Position numbers and translations under genes: made by a program. This document shows positions 28,406-32,000 of a stretch of DNA of 32,000 bases, in pieces. The stretch lies in contig OZ252279.1 of the NCBI GenBank assembly GCA_965250005.1, positions 210,001-242,000 on the forward strand, in the 5' to 3' direction. How positions within the stretch are numbered: position 1 is the first letter of the stretch; every line of letters begins with the position of its first letter. The DNA is from Demequinaceae bacterium (GTDB taxonomy: Bacteria; Actinomycetota; Actinomycetes; Actinomycetales; Demequinaceae). The notes beneath the pieces are model-generated. The model searched no databases. It was not told the origin of the DNA and worked only from the letters and a program-made list of their open reading frames with translations.

Positions 28406-28882
28406 ATGCATTGTCCTTTCTGTCGTCACGCTGACTCGCGCGTCATCGATTCACGCACCGCGGACGATGGCTCGGCAATCCGGCGGCGCCGCGAATGCCC
28501 TGAATGCGGCCGTCGATTCTCGACGGTCGAAACCGCGAGCCTGACGGTCACCAAGCGCTCGGGCGTCTCCGAGCCTTTCAGCCGCGAGAAGATCGTCGCA
28601 GGCGTCAGAAAGGCATGCCAGGGGCGTCCCGTGAGCGACGACGACCTGGCCGTTCTCGCCCAGCAGGTCGAGGAGACCATTCGCGCCAACGGGCAAGCCG
28701 AGATCGACGCTCTTGACGTTGGGCTCGCGATCCTTCCGCCCTTGCGCGAGCTTGACGAGATCGCCTACTTGAGGTTCGCGAGCGTGTACCAAGGTTTCGA
28801 CTCACTGGATGATTTTGCGGCGGCCATTGACCGCTTGCGAGCAGAGTACGCGCAAACCGACGCGCCAATGGAGGACGGCTAG
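28406..28882 (+). CDS. nrdR: Transcriptional regulator NrdR
   Basis: [42 protein letters not shown] zinc ribbon and ATP-cone. ORF opens at 28337; the family start is the ATG at 28406. Confidence 0.95.
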   Translation: MHCPFCRHADSRVIDSRTADDGSAIRRRRECPECGRRFSTVETASLTVTKRSGVSEPFSREKIVAGVRKACQGRPVSDDDLAVLAQQVEETIRANGQAEIDALDVGLAILPPLRELDEIAYLRFASVYQGFDSLDDFAAAIDRLRAEYAQTDAPMEDG

Positions 28883-28906
28883 CGGTGAACGCCAAAGAGA
28901 GCCGGA

Positions 28907-28924
28907 CTGGCCGTCTGTGGCCAG
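28907..28924. terminator. Possible bidirectional terminator hairpin between nrdR and serA
   Basis: CTGGCC-GTCTGT-GGCCAG, located between two convergent stop codons; no U-tract. Confidence 0.3.
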
Positions 28925-28936
28925 CACATGGTGCCT

Positions 28937-30133
28937 CTAAGAGAGGACGCGCAGGCGAACCGTCGCAGGCATTTTCGCCAGCGCGTCGAGTGCGTCAGCG
29001 GCGACGCCGGCCGAGACGTCCGTGACAACGTAGCCGAGGTCTCCACGGGTCGACAGCAGTTGGCCCTCGATGTTGACGTCGTGGGTCGCAAATTCCGCGT
29101 TGACCGCTGCGAGAACTCCGGGGATGTTTTCGTGCAAGTGAGCGACGCGATGGGAACCGCTGGTCTGCTCGAGTGACAGATTCGGCAGATTCACGCTGAG
29201 CGAGGTTGAGCCGTGCCGAACGTAGTCGCGCAGCCGCGTGGCCACAAAGATGCCGATGTCGCGCTGAGCTTCCTCAGTGGAACCGGCGATATGCGGCGTC
29301 AGAATCACGTTTGAGCGGTTGCGGAGCGGCGAGTCAAACGCATCGCCACGTTTTTTGGGTTCCTGTGGGAACACGTCGATTCCGGCTCCAGCGATGTGGC
29401 CCCTGTCGATCGCCGCGCCGAGTTCCTCCACGTCGAGCACGAACCCGCGGGATAGGTTCAGAAACAGTGAGCCATCTTTCATCTTGTCGAACTGAGCCTT
29501 GCCGAAGAAGCCAGCATTGCCGTGGCGGCCGTCGATGTGAAGAGTGACGATGTCGGCACTTGTGAGCAGGTCCTCGAGCGAGTGCATGCGGGTGGCGTTG
29601 CCCATCGCGAGCTTCTCGGCGTTGTCGTAGAAGATGACGTTCATGCCCAGCGCCTCGGCCACAACGGACAGTTGCGAGCCGATGTTGCCATAGCCTACGA
29701 TTCCGAGGGTACGACCCCGGATTTCGTGCGCGCCATCGGCGCTCTTATCCCACACTCCCTCGTGCATGAGGCGATTGTGGTCGGGGAGCCTACGGGTGAG
29801 TCCGATGATTTCGGCGATCGCGAGTTCGACTACCGAGCGTGTGTTCGAGAACGGCGCGTTGAATACGGCCACCCCGCTACGTGCCGCGGCGGCTAGATCA
29901 ACCTGATTTGTGCCGACACTGAAGGCGCCGACGGCGATCAGGGAGTCTGAGGACTCGATGACTTTCTCGGTGAGCATTGTCTTTGAGCGAATGCCCAAGA
30001 GGCCGACGCCCTGGATGGCGCCTATCAGTTCGGCCTCATCCATCGCGCCGACATGATTGGTCACTTCGAAGCCCGCCGAGGTCAGTATCTCGGTGGCCTG
30101 TGGATGAAGATTTTCTAGGAGGAGTGCTCGCAC
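28937..30133 (-). CDS. serA: D-3-phosphoglycerate dehydrogenase with C-terminal ACT domain
   Basis: LGIVGYGNIGSQLSVVAEALGMNVIFYD, VTLHIDGRHGNAGFFG, NLSRGFVLDVEEL, VILTPHIAGSTEEAQ, ACT domain HRVAHLHENIPGVLAAVN. The ORF is open to 30301; GTG at 30133 is the likely start. Confidence 0.93.
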   Translation of the reverse strand: MRALLLENLHPQATEILTSAGFEVTNHVGAMDEAELIGAIQGVGLLGIRSKTMLTEKVIESSDSLIAVGAFSVGTNQVDLAAAARSGVAVFNAPFSNTRSVVELAIAEIIGLTRRLPDHNRLMHEGVWDKSADGAHEIRGRTLGIVGYGNIGSQLSVVAEALGMNVIFYDNAEKLAMGNATRMHSLEDLLTSADIVTLHIDGRHGNAGFFGKAQFDKMKDGSLFLNLSRGFVLDVEELGAAIDRGHIAGAGIDVFPQEPKKRGDAFDSPLRNRSNVILTPHIAGSTEEAQRDIGIFVATRLRDYVRHGSTSLSVNLPNLSLEQTSGSHRVAHLHENIPGVLAAVNAEFATHDVNIEGQLLSTRGDLGYVVTDVSAGVAADALDALAKMPATVRLRVLS

Positions 30134-30160
30134 GGAAACTATGCTCTCGTACTTTCGTCG

Positions 30161-31003
30161 GTGGACCAACTTGGCTGGTTTCCGTGGCAGGCTATGCGCA
30201 TGGGTAGAGCAGGCAGATTCACTGTAATGATGGTGGCGTTCGTCGCAGCAGTCTTGGTCGCGTTCGTGTTTTCGGGCCTCACGGTTACCGACGTCCAGCA
30301 TCTCGGCACGCCGCGCAACGCCATCGTCGACGGTGGAGAGGAAGTCAGAGTTCCGGTTCCTCCTGCGTCAGATGGGCGCGTGTTGCCTGTCGTTACGTCG
30401 CCAAGCGAGGGCGACTATGGATTCATGTTTCTTGATGGCGCTGCCCCCATCCGGTACGACCCATGCCGCCCGATCGAATTTGTCATCGCCCCCAGCGGCG
30501 GCCCTCTGGGGGGCGACGATCTCATCAAGGAAGCCTTCGAGCAGGTGTCCACGGCGTCGGGGCTCGCGTTTGTATTCAAGGGCCACACGTCCGAAGAGGC
30601 AAGTTTCGAACGGTCGCTGATCCAGCCCGACGTGTACGGCGAAAACTTCGCTCCCGTGATTGTCGGCTGGTCAGATGAGACGGTAGTTGCGGACCTCGCG
30701 GGCGCCGTTACAGGACTCGGTGGCTCAAGTTCCGTGACGGGCGCGTACGGGCCAGAGCGCTTTCTGACCTCGGGTGTCGTTATCCTCGACGGCCCAGACA
30801 TTCTCGAGCTGCTCGGCACGGAGAACAGTAGGCAGATTGCACTCGCCGTTGTCATGCATGAGCTGGGCCACGTCGTGGGCCTCGCCCATGTCGACAACGA
30901 ACTCGAACTGATGAATGCATCCAACACCTGGCTTACGGCGTGGGGAAGCGGAGATCTTGCCGGTCTCGCCGCCGCTGGCGCCGGACCGTGCCAGGAGGTC
31001 TAA
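30161..31003 (+). CDS. Membrane-anchored matrixin-like zinc metalloprotease
   Basis: N-terminal TM FTVMMVAFVAAVLVAFVF and zinc motif VVMHELGHVVGLAHVDNELELMN. An alternative ATG start lies at 30194. Confidence 0.82.
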   Translation: MDQLGWFPWQAMRMGRAGRFTVMMVAFVAAVLVAFVFSGLTVTDVQHLGTPRNAIVDGGEEVRVPVPPASDGRVLPVVTSPSEGDYGFMFLDGAAPIRYDPCRPIEFVIAPSGGPLGGDDLIKEAFEQVSTASGLAFVFKGHTSEEASFERSLIQPDVYGENFAPVIVGWSDETVVADLAGAVTGLGGSSSVTGAYGPERFLTSGVVILDGPDILELLGTENSRQIALAVVMHELGHVVGLAHVDNELELMNASNTWLTAWGSGDLAGLAAAGAGPCQEV

Positions 31004-31998
31004 CCGGCTGGTTGTAGGCCTGCGGGCAGCGAGCCCTGATAGACCACTTCTAGGCTCCTGATGGGCCGCGTGAGCGCCACGTAGAGATCCCCAGGGTGCG
31101 CGGCGATCGTTGCCGGGTCCACAAGTACGACTACATCGAATTCGAGTCCCTTTGCCTCACGTGGCGTCAACACGCTCATGCCCTCTGCCTCGACGTCGGC
31201 GCGCAGGCCCGCGACCTGAACAGGTGGCGCGATGATCGCGACCTCTCCGCCTCCGGTGCGCTCAAGCATTGAGGCGCAATCGAGCGCGATTTGCAGAGCC
31301 GCGGCCAGCGCGTCCTCTGCCTGCGTGAACCGCACGGAGTCCTCCGCGTCGCGCGCGGCGGTCAGCTCGCTCGCAGGAAGTCCAGCGGCGCGGGCATATG
31401 ATTGCGCGACGTCGGCAACGTCAGCTGGGATCCGGTAGGACACGGTGAGTTCGCGGAGCGCCCAGTTCTCTCCGAACAGCCGGTCGAAGGTTTCTGGCCA
31501 CCACCTGGTCCCTGCGCCCGCTGCGGTCTGCGCGACGTCTCCGACGATGGTGAAGGATCGCGACGGGCAGCGCCGGAGGAGCATTCGCCACGCCATGGGC
31601 GATAGTTCCTGCGCCTCGTCGACCACGATGTGGCCAAAGGTCCATGTCCGGTCGCGCGAGGCGCGCTCGGCGACGCTCTCGCCGCTGCGGCCACCCTGCA
31701 TCCGCCGCGCGAGGTCGTCCGCTGAGACCATTCCTCTTGCGCCCGCATTCGAGATCGACTGACGGGCGTAGTCGAGCTCTTCGGAGCTGATCGCGGCCGT
31801 ACGCTTCTTGCGTCCCGGCAACTCGCCGAGAAGCTCCGCGGCCTCGTCAAGTAGCGGCACGTCGGCGTCGGTAAACGCGCCCGTCGCCGGACGGTGAAGG
31901 AGGCCGCATTCGGCGGCCGTTAGTTGCGGCGCCGCGTGCCGGAGCAGGTGCGGATGACGGTAAAGATCGGCAAGTAGTTGGGAGGCCGTGATCGGCAG
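31000..31998 (-). CDS. C-terminal part of a HelD/HelR-like (UvrD-family) RNA polymerase recycling ATPase (5' end outside the window)
   Basis: Continuous frame from the window edge: LPITASQLLADLYRHPHLLRHAAPQLTAAECGLLHRP...DADVPLLDEAAELLG...HIVVDEAQELSPMAWRMLLRRCPSRSFTIVGDVAQTAAG...LRELTVSYRIPADV...VLTPREAKGLEFDVVVLVDP...LYVALTRPIRSL. Confidence 0.87.
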   Translation of the reverse strand: MPITASQLLADLYRHPHLLRHAAPQLTAAECGLLHRPATGAFTDADVPLLDEAAELLGELPGRKKRTAAISSEELDYARQSISNAGARGMVSADDLARRMQGGRSGESVAERASRDRTWTFGHIVVDEAQELSPMAWRMLLRRCPSRSFTIVGDVAQTAAGAGTRWWPETFDRLFGENWALRELTVSYRIPADVADVAQSYARAAGLPASELTAARDAEDSVRFTQAEDALAAALQIALDCASMLERTGGGEVAIIAPPVQVAGLRADVEAEGMSVLTPREAKGLEFDVVVLVDPATIAAHPGDLYVALTRPIRSLEVVYQGSLPAGLQPAG

Positions 31999-32000
31999 CC

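Noticed and set aside
1-32000. CRISPR arrays, tRNA/rRNA genes, transposases or integrases
   Set aside because: I found no regularly spaced repeats, tRNA-like T-loop/acceptor sequence, or recognisable recombinase or transposase protein on either strand. A tRNAscan or Rfam scan would be needed to exclude small RNAs.

Overview
High-GC actinobacterial chromosomal window, probably of Micrococcales type (my inference from protein style and gene order). The backbone reads thyX - dapA - rnj - ftsK - pgsA - cinA-like - clgR-like - DUF3046 - recA - recX - rny - miaB - miaA - dapF - hflX - dinG-like - lexA - LysM gene - nrdR - serA. Accessory genes sit between backbone genes: a small lipoprotein, a VOC protein and a GH20 hexosaminidase between thyX and dapA; an ORFan-rich patch between rnj and ftsK; a PAS/GGDEF/EAL protein and a CapA-like protein between ftsK and pgsA. 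The strongest unusual signals are in the rnj-ftsK patch (5.57-7.8 kb). (1) An 80-bp, about 90% identical second copy of the rnj 3' end lies downstream of an unrelated membrane-protein ORF, with mostly synonymous differences. (2) A 17-bp tandem duplication separates a lipoprotein signal peptide from its body, and removing one unit exactly restores the frame. (3) A leader has competing GGGAGGC/GCCTCCC pairings that could mask the RBS of a DUF2249 ORF. A second focus is the SOS module: LexA-like boxes upstream of recA and lexA, plus a fused tandem pair directly in front of a short LysM protein that is probably a DivS/YneA/ChiZ-like division inhibitor. I see no CRISPR array, no transposase or integrase, and no tRNA or rRNA that I can support. 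No complete novel defence-type system is evident.
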